NCBI GenBank assembly: GCA_028278325.1
Contig: JANQEO010000361.1
Coordinates: 202 to 64,201, forward strand
Direction of reading: 5' to 3'
DNA length: 64,000 nt
Origin: Candidatus Binatia bacterium
GTDB taxonomy: Bacteria > Desulfobacterota > Binatia > UBA1149 > JAJCZL01
In this document: piece by piece, positions 26,454 to 35,478 of the stretch
Position numbering within the stretch: the stretch's first letter is position 1
Layout of the letters: each line of letters opens with the position of its first letter
The notes under the pieces: model-generated
Seen by the model: the letters and a program-made list of their open reading frames with translations, nothing else
What the model was told of the DNA's origin: nothing
The model's database searches: none
Program-made: the position numbers and the translations under genes

Positions 26454-27728
26454 GTGAGTTTCGCCGAACGCCTGCGCGTCATCGCAAAGACCTCGCACTT
26501 GCTGCGTACGCAATGGTGGCCGGGCGACCGAATAGAGTCGTACCAGGACGCCCGTCTGCGGGAGATCCTGTCGTGGGCATCATCGCGAGTCCCGTACTAT
26601 CGGGACCTCGGGATTGCGAACGACGGCTTGCCCCCCCGGCAGTGGCTGAACAGGTTTCCAGTGCTTTCCAAGGCGCAGGTTCAATGCCGCACCGAAGACC
26701 TGTGTTCAAAGGACGAGATCGAGCGCGGCGTCTTTACGTCTCGCACTTCCGGAACGAGCGGAGAGCCGACTACCACCTATTTCGACAAGGAATCGTGGCT
26801 ACTCTGCAAGTATGCCCTGAAGGCGAGGCGCGTCTTTGCGGCAATCCGTCCTTTCGGCCAACGGCTGCTGTTCGTATCCGAACGTGCCGACGGCGCCGAG
26901 TTCTCAGCACCCGGCCGGAGACTTGCGGATCCCGTGCTTGCGGCGCGGCGCCTCTACATCGACTCACCGGTTTCGGAAAACGTCGGGGCGTTGATCGAGT
27001 TCAGACCCACGGTCCTTCAGGGGCCGCCCTCATATCTCGAATACATGGCCGAAGAATGCGGCAGGAGCGATGCCCCGGCTCTCAGGATTCCCGTCGCCTT
27101 CACGAGTTCCGAACTGCTGACAAAGGCGACTCGGGACAGACTCGAGTCGAGTTTCGGCAGCCGCGTCATAGACGTCTACGGCTCGACCGAATTCAAAGAG
27201 ATGGCGGTTCAGTGCCCGTACGGGCGTTACCATATCAACTTCGAGAGCGTGTTCCTGGAAGAACGGGCGGACCCGTCGACCGGGTTCCCGCGCCTCCTGA
27301 TCACGACTCTCGTGAACAAGGCCATGCCGCTCATCCGCTTCGACATAGGGGATCACGGATCGATCGGTTTCGAGCCCTGCGAATGCGGGAGGGAGAGCCC
27401 TCACATCAAGAGCCTGCACGGCAGGGAAGCCGAGCTCCTCCGGTTCGACGATGGCCGCGCTATCTCCCCGTTCGTTCTGACGACGCTCATCGGCAGATTC
27501 AGCGAAGTCAGGAATTTTTCCGTCCTGCACACGGCGCCGGATCAGGTCGTCGTGAAGGTGTTCGCCGAACCGTCACTACCCGTTCACCGGCAGACGGCAC
27601 TGCTCGACGAGATTCGGGCCCACTTGCCGGCCGGTACGTCCCTGACGCTCGCGATGCTCGAAACCCGTCTTCCGCCGGGGAAGCGAATAGCGGTGCGGCG
27701 AACGTTCGACGCAGTTGAGAGCGAATGA
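26454..27728 (+). CDS. PaaK/CapK-like adenylate-forming enzyme (phenylacetate-CoA ligase family)
   Basis: The product contains LREILSWASSRVPYYRDLG and RTSGTSGEPTTTYFDKESW (the P-loop-like AMP motif). It also has VIDVYGSTEF and C-terminal PPGKRIAVRR. Length and layout fit the CapK/F390-synthetase-like group. Confidence 0.8.
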   Translation: MSFAERLRVIAKTSHLLRTQWWPGDRIESYQDARLREILSWASSRVPYYRDLGIANDGLPPRQWLNRFPVLSKAQVQCRTEDLCSKDEIERGVFTSRTSGTSGEPTTTYFDKESWLLCKYALKARRVFAAIRPFGQRLLFVSERADGAEFSAPGRRLADPVLAARRLYIDSPVSENVGALIEFRPTVLQGPPSYLEYMAEECGRSDAPALRIPVAFTSSELLTKATRDRLESSFGSRVIDVYGSTEFKEMAVQCPYGRYHINFESVFLEERADPSTGFPRLLITTLVNKAMPLIRFDIGDHGSIGFEPCECGRESPHIKSLHGREAELLRFDDGRAISPFVLTTLIGRFSEVRNFSVLHTAPDQVVVKVFAEPSLPVHRQTALLDEIRAHLPAGTSLTLAMLETRLPPGKRIAVRRTFDAVESE

Positions 27729-28963
27729 CATTGATCGTCGAGACGGGCGGCTGCCTGGTCTATTGCGGTGACGACCTGTCCCTGGCGGCGGCGAACAGCG
27801 AAGTATCGGCGAAGTCGCCGCTCCGTCGAACCCGCCGGACGCCGGACGCCTTATCGCGTCTACTGAGCGACGCGCGCAACGTGCGATGGCGCGAGCTCGT
27901 GCCGCGCGCGTGCGTGATCCGCGCGCCCGAACGGGACTCGGGAGAGATCCTGACGGTTGGGTTCTCCGGGTCTTTACGCATCGTCGATGCCTTCGCCGCC
28001 GGCGTCTTCGGCCACGGCGACTATGACGCCGAACCCGCCCGCCTGAGCGCAATTCACGGCGTCGACATACTGATCTCGGACCATGCTCTGGCCGATCTGC
28101 CTACGCGATTCAGTCGGCCGTGCATTCGTATCCCTCCGTGGGTTCGGCAGGAGCGGCCCATCGCCGCGGATTGGACGGAGACCCTCGCCGGGCTGTCGTC
28201 GAAGCTGAGAAGCGAGCTCCGCCGCTGGATCAGACGCCAGGGCTACACAGTCGCTATCAGCGCCGGTGACGCCGCGATCCGCGATTATTATCGGGAGCTG
28301 CACCGTCCGTATCTCAGCGGTCGTTTCGGCGATGCAGCGATCGTGGCCCCGGAGTCGGCGTTCGTCCGGCAGCGCCGCGATGCGCTCCGCCTCGACCTGC
28401 TTCGGAATCGGTCACCCGTCGCGGCCAGCTTGCTGGAAGTGCACCAGCAGCGGCTGGCGATTCGCAGCAGCGCCATGCACCCGGACGCGCCTCCCCTGCC
28501 CGGCCGAGCCGACGTTCTGGACTACTTCAGCCTACTGATGGGGCAGCTGCTCGATTGCCGGACTCTCGATTTCGGCCTCAGCCGTCCGCATCTCGACAAC
28601 GGCGCGTTCCGCTACAAGACGAAGTGGGGCGCACGGCCCCAGGCCGTCGGCGGGCTGCTAAAGGCCGACGTCCGCGTTTATCCGCTCGAAAGGACCGAGG
28701 CGACGCTCGCGTTCCTCAGACGCAATCGCTTCCTGCAACGCGGCGAAGAAGGCCTGGTGCTTCGCATGCTCTACGATCGCGCCGCCGCGTGCAGGGATGA
28801 GGATTTGCCGGAGCCGCTCGGCCGGCTCACCCGGCCGGCGGGCGTCGAACGCGTTTACGACCCCGACGAGCTGCCGGCGCCCAAGGCCGAAACGCCCGGC
28901 GTCGTCTATCGCCCGCTGCGTGGCGCGAACGATCCCTACCGCATACCCGGACCGAGGCGATGA
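27725..28963 (+). CDS. FemAB/GNAT-like acyltransferase candidate (uncharacterised)
   Basis: ATGA overlaps at both ends (27725-27728 and 28960-28963) couple it translationally to its neighbours. The C-terminal third reads DVLDYFSLLMGQLLDCRTLDFGLSRPHLDNGAFRYKTKWGARP. This resembles the FemAB-like F(R/K)xKWGA ending. The N-terminal 150 aa are unrecognisable. Confidence 0.45.
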   Translation: MTLIVETGGCLVYCGDDLSLAAANSEVSAKSPLRRTRRTPDALSRLLSDARNVRWRELVPRACVIRAPERDSGEILTVGFSGSLRIVDAFAAGVFGHGDYDAEPARLSAIHGVDILISDHALADLPTRFSRPCIRIPPWVRQERPIAADWTETLAGLSSKLRSELRRWIRRQGYTVAISAGDAAIRDYYRELHRPYLSGRFGDAAIVAPESAFVRQRRDALRLDLLRNRSPVAASLLEVHQQRLAIRSSAMHPDAPPLPGRADVLDYFSLLMGQLLDCRTLDFGLSRPHLDNGAFRYKTKWGARPQAVGGLLKADVRVYPLERTEATLAFLRRNRFLQRGEEGLVLRMLYDRAAACRDEDLPEPLGRLTRPAGVERVYDPDELPAPKAETPGVVYRPLRGANDPYRIPGPRR

Positions 28964-30483
28964 GCCGCGCCGGCCGCTTCCTGAGGAACGTCTCGTCGAA
29001 CTACGCGGTCACCGCGGTCGACGCGCTGGTTTTCATTCTGCTGACGCCGTTTATCGTCCACCACCTGGGCATCGAGCTCTACGCGGTCTGGGTGATCATG
29101 CAGACGATCGCCTACTACCTCGATTTCCTGGACGTCGGCCTGCCGGACGCGCAGGTGCGCCAGCACGCTATTCTGGTGGCAAGAAACGACCCTGACGGCG
29201 TCGCAAAGCTCCAGGGCACCGTTTTCGTGCTCTACCTCGCCGCGGGCGCCGCGGCCATGCTCGCGGCGGCCGGACTCGTCGCAATGCCGACTCGGGAGTG
29301 GCTCGACATACCGGCATCGGCCGATGCCGCCTTTGCGCCGGTGCTGCTCCTCTTCGGCCTTGCCGCATCGCTTGCGTTCCTCGAGGGCGGGCTGGACAAC
29401 GTATTCGAGGGCTACCAGCGCTTCGACGTCATGAACGCCGTGCATGTCGTCTTTCAGGTGCTCTCGGCCCTGGCGACCGTCATCGTGCTCGACCTCGGCT
29501 TCGGCCTCGTCGCGCTCGCCCTCATCAAGTGCGTGGACACGGCGCTCGGCGCGATCGTCAAGCTGCTTCTGGTCCGACGGCTGTTTCCGCCCGAGGCCCG
29601 GCCCGGTCTGGGTTTCGACCGTGAAAGCTGGCAATCGATCAAGAGCTACAGTCTATGGAACAGCCTCAATGACTTCATGACCGAAGGCACGGCGCAATTC
29701 GACAAGATATTCATCCCCGTGCTGCTCTCCAGCGTCCTGGTGACGCCCTACTCGCTCGTCGTCGCGCTCGCCGCCGCGATCTTCCTGCTCGCCGAGCCGA
29801 TTACCGACACCTTCCTGCCCATCGCTGCCGAACGCCATGACAAGAACGACAGGCACGGTCTGACCGCTTTCCTTACCCGAGGGACCAAGCTCGTCACGCT
29901 GGCCACCCTGCCCGTGACGATCGTCGTGGCGGTTTTCGGGACATCCATCCTGGATCTTTGGGTGGGCGGCGAGTATACCGATGTGCCGGTGCCGGTCCTC
30001 TGGTTCACGGCCGCGAACTTCTTCTTTTCCACCTACCTCTGGACGGCGTTGAGCCTGCTGATGGCTGCCGGTGAGCTGAAGCGGATATTCTGGATGTCTG
30101 TGTTCGAAGTGGCGCTCGTTCTCCTGCTCATCCTGGCACTGGTCCCGCGGCTCGGTCTGCCGGGGCTCGCGCTTGCGGGCCTGATCGCCAATGTATTGAC
30201 CGGTGCCGGACTGTTCATCCCGGCCGCCTGCCGATGCACCCTGCTGGCGCCCGGGCCGTTCATCGGCCGCACGCTCGTGCCGCTCTGCCTCGCTGCTCTC
30301 CCCGGACTCGGCTTCGCCGTCTGGCTCGAAGTCCGCTTCGCGCCGTCCACCTGGGTCGGCACCTTGTCCGCCGGCGCGATGACGGTCGCCGTAGCGCTGA
30401 CCTCGCTGTTGATGTTCGGCACTACCCGGCGCGAGAGGCGGCGTTATTTCGTGACCGTCCGTCGCCTGGCAGGTCGGAGATAG
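28960..30483 (+). CDS. Wzx-like oligosaccharide flippase (MOP superfamily)
   Basis: The 507 aa product has about 12-14 TM segments. The N-terminus reads RNVSSNYAVTAVDALVFILLTPFIVHHLG, as expected for polysaccharide biosynthesis flippases. Confidence 0.75.
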   Translation: MSRAGRFLRNVSSNYAVTAVDALVFILLTPFIVHHLGIELYAVWVIMQTIAYYLDFLDVGLPDAQVRQHAILVARNDPDGVAKLQGTVFVLYLAAGAAAMLAAAGLVAMPTREWLDIPASADAAFAPVLLLFGLAASLAFLEGGLDNVFEGYQRFDVMNAVHVVFQVLSALATVIVLDLGFGLVALALIKCVDTALGAIVKLLLVRRLFPPEARPGLGFDRESWQSIKSYSLWNSLNDFMTEGTAQFDKIFIPVLLSSVLVTPYSLVVALAAAIFLLAEPITDTFLPIAAERHDKNDRHGLTAFLTRGTKLVTLATLPVTIVVAVFGTSILDLWVGGEYTDVPVPVLWFTAANFFFSTYLWTALSLLMAAGELKRIFWMSVFEVALVLLLILALVPRLGLPGLALAGLIANVLTGAGLFIPAACRCTLLAPGPFIGRTLVPLCLAALPGLGFAVWLEVRFAPSTWVGTLSAGAMTVAVALTSLLMFGTTRRERRRYFVTVRRLAGRR

Positions 30484-30486
30484 CCT

Positions 30487-32262
30487 GTGGGTCGGGTCAC
30501 CTACGTGCGTTATCTCCGGCATGAGGACGCGCGCGCCATCGCGCGACTCGAGCGCAGGGCCTATCCCCGCGACCAGCGGAACGGCCGTCGCGAGATCGCC
30601 GCAGACCTCAGAGAGGCCGAGCTCGACGGCACGAACCTGTCTGTCGGGGTGTTCGAAGGTACACGTCTCACCGGCTGTATCCTCGCGTTCCTGCGCAAAG
30701 ACCGGCCCGCGCTGTTCGAGGAATTCGAGGTCCGGCTCGATACCGCGTCCGACCTCGACGGCGCCTGTATCTACGTCGAAGACATCATCGTTCGGCCCGG
30801 CTTCCGACGCTGCGCCTTTCTGATGAACGCCAAATGGCAGCGGGAGCTGACGCTACACGCAGCCGGTCTACCCATGGACGCCTTCTGTACACCGGAGGTG
30901 CGCGAGCGCTGGAAGGCACACGGACGCTTGTTCAGCCGCAAGGGACTCGCACTCGACCGCGAGATGAAGGTCCGCGATCTGACCGGCAAGCAGGACTGGT
31001 ACTGGATGAGCTGGCGCCCGGCCGCCGACGGGCTGCCGCCAGAGCAATCGTCAGAGCAATTGCCGGGGCGGCCAGGCAAGCGGCTAGAGCAGGCCGCACT
31101 GCCGCCCGGCTACGAGGCCCGCCTGATGAATACGGCGGCGGAGTGGGCGCGGGTTCGCGAGGTCTGGGACGAGCTCGTCGACAAAATGCCCGAGGCCAGC
31201 GGCTTCCTCGGCTACGACTTCCTCTCGACCTGGTGGCGCCACAACGGCATGTCCCGGCATCTGGTCCTGCTCGGACTGTACCGCGACGGCCGTGCCGTCG
31301 GATTCGCACCGCTGATGCTGGCACCGAAGCGCATTCTTGGCGTGTATCGCTGGCGCCTGGAGTTCATCGGCGATCAGGTGAATATGGAACGGCCGGACCT
31401 CGTCGTCGACCCCGACGAGCCCGATGCGCGCAGGCTTTTATGGCGCGCCGCGATGAGCACGGCGTCGAAATGGGATGCCGCCTATTTGCGCGAGCAGACC
31501 AAACGGCCCGCCGATCATCCGGTGGCGCAGGAAATCGATGGCCAGCGGTTCTCCTTGTCCCGCTCAACGGGCATGGACTCTCCGCACGTGGTCGTAAGCA
31601 AGGATTGGGACGGCTATCTGGCGACACGGTCGCGCACGCTGCGCAAAGGATACAGACGCAAGCTTCGGCAGCTGGAACGCCTGGGCGAGTTCCGCTACGC
31701 GGGATACGACGGTCTTCAGAACGGCGACGATTGCCTGAACGCCTATCTGGACGTCGAATCCAGGAGCTGGAAGCGCGCCGGCAAGGTCGGCATTGGCAAC
31801 AACCGCTTCCGCCTGGCCTTCTACAGAGCTCTGGTCGCCTCCCTGGCGCCGTCCGGCCGTATTCGCTTCCGGTTCCTGACGATCGACGACAAGGCGATCG
31901 CCGCAACCTTCGGCGTGTTCCAACGAGGCCGCTTCGCGTCGCTGGAGATCTGCCACGATCAGGCCTACGACAGGTATTCGCCCGGCGTCGTCCTGACGGG
32001 CCTCGAGCTCGAGGAATGCCATCAATCGGGAGCCTACACGGACTACGACTTCCTGATCGGCACGTACAACAACAAAACCACCTGGGGAACGGACGCCCAC
32101 CGCGCCTGGCACCTGTACATCCTGCCGCGCACGCCCTGGGGCTGGTTGAATCGCTGGCTGATCTTCACGGTCAAGCCGGCCGTGAACCGGCTCATCGAGC
32201 GCTTCGACCTTCGGGACACGGTTGATCGCTGGCGCGGCAGGATCGAAGGCTATCTGCGCTGA
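30487..32262 (+). CDS. Two-domain acyltransferase with an N-terminal GNAT and a C-terminal FemAB/CelD-like (Acetyltransf_6-type) domain
   Basis: The N-terminal part contains IYVEDIIVRPGFRRCAF, which is GNAT motif A-like. The C-terminal part contains ESRSWKRAGKVG...IAATFGVFQRGRFASLEICHDQAYDRYSPGVVLTGLELEECHQSGAYTDYDFLIGTYNNKTTW. Confidence 0.65.
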   Translation: MGRVTYVRYLRHEDARAIARLERRAYPRDQRNGRREIAADLREAELDGTNLSVGVFEGTRLTGCILAFLRKDRPALFEEFEVRLDTASDLDGACIYVEDIIVRPGFRRCAFLMNAKWQRELTLHAAGLPMDAFCTPEVRERWKAHGRLFSRKGLALDREMKVRDLTGKQDWYWMSWRPAADGLPPEQSSEQLPGRPGKRLEQAALPPGYEARLMNTAAEWARVREVWDELVDKMPEASGFLGYDFLSTWWRHNGMSRHLVLLGLYRDGRAVGFAPLMLAPKRILGVYRWRLEFIGDQVNMERPDLVVDPDEPDARRLLWRAAMSTASKWDAAYLREQTKRPADHPVAQEIDGQRFSLSRSTGMDSPHVVVSKDWDGYLATRSRTLRKGYRRKLRQLERLGEFRYAGYDGLQNGDDCLNAYLDVESRSWKRAGKVGIGNNRFRLAFYRALVASLAPSGRIRFRFLTIDDKAIAATFGVFQRGRFASLEICHDQAYDRYSPGVVLTGLELEECHQSGAYTDYDFLIGTYNNKTTWGTDAHRAWHLYILPRTPWGWLNRWLIFTVKPAVNRLIERFDLRDTVDRWRGRIEGYLR

Positions 32263-32270
32263 GGGCAACG

Positions 32271-33371
32271 ATGACGTCGCAAGATGAATCCGCGGAAATC
32301 GTCACCGATCTCGAGGGCTGGGCGGCGCTGAAAGAGGCCTGGGCCAGGTGCCTGTCTTCGGCGCCAGGGGCAACGGCCTTTCAGAGCCATGAGTTTCTGC
32401 GCTGCTGGTGGGATCACTTCGGCGGCGACCAGACGCCCTTTGTGCTCGCCCTGCGCGAGACCGACCGGGTCCTCGGGATTGCGCCGCTGCAGCTCGTCAG
32501 GCGCCGGATCCTGGGCAGGCAGTACCGGGTGCTCGAGTTCATGGGCATGCCGGACGAACTGGACCGGCCGCAGTTCCTGGTCGGCGAGAACGACCGGACG
32601 ACGCTCGAGGGTCTGCTGGACGCCCTTGCCGCGCATCGAGACTGGGACATGATCCGGCTCGATGAACTGCCTGCCGAGAGCTGGCAACTGCCCGTGCTCG
32701 AGGCCTGGGCCGAGCGAAACGACTTCCGTTTCCGCAGTGAGCCGCTGCACCCGGTCCCCTTTCTCGTCAAGGGCGGCGACTGGAACTGGTACGTCGCGCA
32801 ACGTTCCCGGCGATTCGCCAAACGACTGCGGGAGACGGAGAGAAGGCTCGCCAGGGACTACAGCGTGAGCTATCGCTGGTGCCACGGCGGCGAAGCGTCG
32901 AAAGCGCTGCTCGAGGACTTCCTTGCCGTCGAATACAACAGCTGGAAGGCCTACGAAGGATTCGACGTCGGCGTCGAGCAGGCGTACCGGACCTTTTACG
33001 AGGATTTGCTGTGCCGCGAGTCAGAGGCGCTGCACGGCCATGTGCTGGTGCAGTACCTCGACGCAAACCCGAGCGCGGCGACGCTGGCGTTCAGCAGCGA
33101 AGGCGTTTACTACTCCCTACAGATTGCTCACGACAAAGCCTACGAGCGCTACTCTCCGGGCACGTTGCTCGAAGCCGTCGAGATGCGCTGGTTCTTCGAA
33201 CAGGACTGGCTGCGTCGCTACGAGTTCCTCGGCGGCGGCGGCGGCAACAAGGAGCGATGGACGAAGACCTCGGTCGACACCCGCACCGTCATCATTCGCA
33301 GACGCAGCAAGCGTCTGGCCCTCGGCGACCTCTCCGGCAGGTTTCTCCGCCCGATATTCGCACCGGAGTGA
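32271..33371 (+). CDS. FemAB/CelD-like (Acetyltransf_6-type) acyltransferase
   Basis: The product contains EYNSWKAYEG...ATLAFSSEGVYYSLQIAHDKAYERYSPGTLLEAVEMRWFFEQDWLRRYEFLGGGGGNKERW. This is the same signature as the 30487 C-terminal domain and the 21340 gene. Confidence 0.7.
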   Translation: MTSQDESAEIVTDLEGWAALKEAWARCLSSAPGATAFQSHEFLRCWWDHFGGDQTPFVLALRETDRVLGIAPLQLVRRRILGRQYRVLEFMGMPDELDRPQFLVGENDRTTLEGLLDALAAHRDWDMIRLDELPAESWQLPVLEAWAERNDFRFRSEPLHPVPFLVKGGDWNWYVAQRSRRFAKRLRETERRLARDYSVSYRWCHGGEASKALLEDFLAVEYNSWKAYEGFDVGVEQAYRTFYEDLLCRESEALHGHVLVQYLDANPSAATLAFSSEGVYYSLQIAHDKAYERYSPGTLLEAVEMRWFFEQDWLRRYEFLGGGGGNKERWTKTSVDTRTVIIRRRSKRLALGDLSGRFLRPIFAPE

Positions 33372-33408
33372 GACTCCGGGATCGCGCCTGCGTCCGGTCC
33401 GCGGAGGT

Positions 33409-35454
33409 TCAGTCCGTGCGCGGCAAGCGGACGGAAAACGTGGCCCCCTCACCGGCCTGCGACACCACCTCGAGCTGACCGCCGAGCGATTTGACATATT
33501 CCCTGGCCTGGTACGCGCCGATACCCATGCTGGCGCTGCCCTTCGTGCTGTCGAACGGCCGAAACAGGCGCTCGCGGACGAATTCCGGGCTCATGCCGGC
33601 CCCGTTATCCGTTATCGACACCGTGATCGAATCGTGCCGACTGACCGCGTCGACGCGCACCCGGCCGTCTGCAGGGGTCGCATCCTGCGCGTTTCGGATC
33701 AGATGCTCGAACACGTTGGCCAGGCGATCCCTGTCCGCGTACACGTAGCCTGACAGGTCGCCGTCGGTCAGCTCGGGCCTCGGGCACCGGTTTGCGCAGC
33801 CCGCGACCACGCCTTCGAGGATCTCCCGCAGCGCCACGCGCCGGTTTCTCGGTGCCTTCGAGCCCCGGCTGAGCTGCTCCATCAGCCGGCGCATCCGGGC
33901 GACCGAGTTGGCAATGGTGCCGATTGCGTCGTCGACGAACTCCGGGTTGTCCCGATGCCGCTCGGCGTTGCTCACGACCAGCGACTGTTGGGCGATCAGG
34001 TTGTTCAGATCGTGCATCAGGAACGCCGTCAGGCGGTTGTAAGCGCCGAACTGGCGGCTTTCGGCGAGGCGCTGGTCGGAGTCCGCCTGATTGATGTGCA
34101 TGGCGACGTGGCGGCCAACGGTCTTCAGGAGATCGTGATCTTCGAAATTGAGGCTCGGCGGAATCCTGGGGCGGAGCAGCACGATGAAGCCGAGCAGCTG
34201 ACGGCCGAGAAACACCGGTACGACCAGCCACCAGTTCTGGCCCTCCACGAGCCAGTCGCTGAGTTCGAGGCCCTCGTACCGGGACGGATGTCGGCGCAGC
34301 TCCTGCAGATCGATCACCCACTGGCGGGCGGTCAGAAACTGGACCAGTCCCGATTCCGCCGGGATGCCGGGCACCGGCGGCGGCGTTGCCTGCCATGCAC
34401 CGGAGGGCTTGTATTCCCGGCTGTCGGGATCGGCCAGGAACATCACGCCGCCCGGGCTGTTGACGATCTGAGCCACTGCCCGGACCGCGGTGGCGGCGAC
34501 GTCCTCGAAGCCGGATTCGGACAGGGTGCCGATGAAGCGCAGCCACTCCTCGCGGTAGTCGTACTTGTACTGGAAAAAGGTCTTGAGCAGCGCGACGCGC
34601 ACGCGCGAGCGCAGACTGGCCGAGGCCAGCAGCACGACCCCGGCGACGATCGCGCCGGCCAGCAGCACGGCGCTGCCGACGGTGCCCCAGGAGCCGCCGT
34701 AGTCCCGCACGTATCGATAGCCGATGATCACCAGCAGGACGTATAGCGCCAGCACCGTGGCGCCGAAGGAATACAACACGATGCGCCGCGGCAGCCGCCC
34801 TTCGGACACGGCCTCCGACCGACGCCAGACGCCGAGCAGCAGCGGCAGGGTCAGCAGCGCGCTGACATAGCCTCGCGCCGACAGCAGGTCCGAATTCAGC
34901 GGTGCGCCGGCGATCCCGGCGACAAAAAAGACGAGGTCGAAGAGGAAGAAGCCGGCAATGGCGATACAGAGATAGGTCGTGCTGGAGCGGAGTTCGGGAG
35001 ACGAGTTGCGGAACACCTGTTCGACGCCGAGGACCGTCAACAGCGACAACGCGTAGCCGCCGGCGACCCAGGCGCTGACGTCGCCCGGCACCTCGGGCTG
35101 GCCGATCCAGAAGAACACCGGTGCGACCACCAACACGAGCACGAGCACAGCGAAGCCTGAGCGCAGCGGATTGCGATCGCCGAGCCCGCCGACGGCCCCC
35201 AGCAAGCCGACCGTCGCCGCCAGCCATGCGCCGCCGCGCACCGCGTCGGCAACGAACGCAGCCAGGCCGGGCCCGAGCGGGTTCAGATCGGCCAGCAGCC
35301 AAACGCCCGCCCAGACGGTGCTGACGCCGGCCGCGACCAACAGAATGCCGGCTGCCGGCACGCGATCGCGGCGCAGGAGTATCAGCACGGCGAGCGCAGC
35401 ATGCGTGAGCAGCGCAAGCCCGAATCCGCTTGCGCCAAGGTAGTGAGCTTGCAT
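33409..35454 (-). CDS. prsK: PrsK-type (XrtA/PEP-CTERM system) sensor histidine kinase
   Basis: The N-terminal 300 aa or so are polytopic. A GAF-like region follows. The H-box is FLMHDLNNLIAQQSLVVSNAERHRDNPEFVDD, which matches my recollection of the PrsK family H-box. The HATPase tail reads ITDNGAGMSPEF...GMGIGAYQAREY. Confidence 0.8.
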   Translation of the reverse strand: MQAHYLGASGFGLALLTHAALAVLILLRRDRVPAAGILLVAAGVSTVWAGVWLLADLNPLGPGLAAFVADAVRGGAWLAATVGLLGAVGGLGDRNPLRSGFAVLVLVLVVAPVFFWIGQPEVPGDVSAWVAGGYALSLLTVLGVEQVFRNSSPELRSSTTYLCIAIAGFFLFDLVFFVAGIAGAPLNSDLLSARGYVSALLTLPLLLGVWRRSEAVSEGRLPRRIVLYSFGATVLALYVLLVIIGYRYVRDYGGSWGTVGSAVLLAGAIVAGVVLLASASLRSRVRVALLKTFFQYKYDYREEWLRFIGTLSESGFEDVAATAVRAVAQIVNSPGGVMFLADPDSREYKPSGAWQATPPPVPGIPAESGLVQFLTARQWVIDLQELRRHPSRYEGLELSDWLVEGQNWWLVVPVFLGRQLLGFIVLLRPRIPPSLNFEDHDLLKTVGRHVAMHINQADSDQRLAESRQFGAYNRLTAFLMHDLNNLIAQQSLVVSNAERHRDNPEFVDDAIGTIANSVARMRRLMEQLSRGSKAPRNRRVALREILEGVVAGCANRCPRPELTDGDLSGYVYADRDRLANVFEHLIRNAQDATPADGRVRVDAVSRHDSITVSITDNGAGMSPEFVRERLFRPFDSTKGSASMGIGAYQAREYVKSLGGQLEVVSQAGEGATFSVRLPRTD

Positions 35455-35478
35455 CGTCAGCCGCTGGCGCGGTGCGCG

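Noticed and set aside
33605-35302. 565 aa alternate-frame minus-strand ORF inside prsK; similar cases are 30834-32225 (+), 26513-27718 (+) and 42709-43662 (-).
   Set aside because: All are out-of-frame overlaps of genes with clear family motifs. Their translations are dominated by Arg, Gly, Pro and Ala, as expected for off-frame reading of GC-rich coding sequence.
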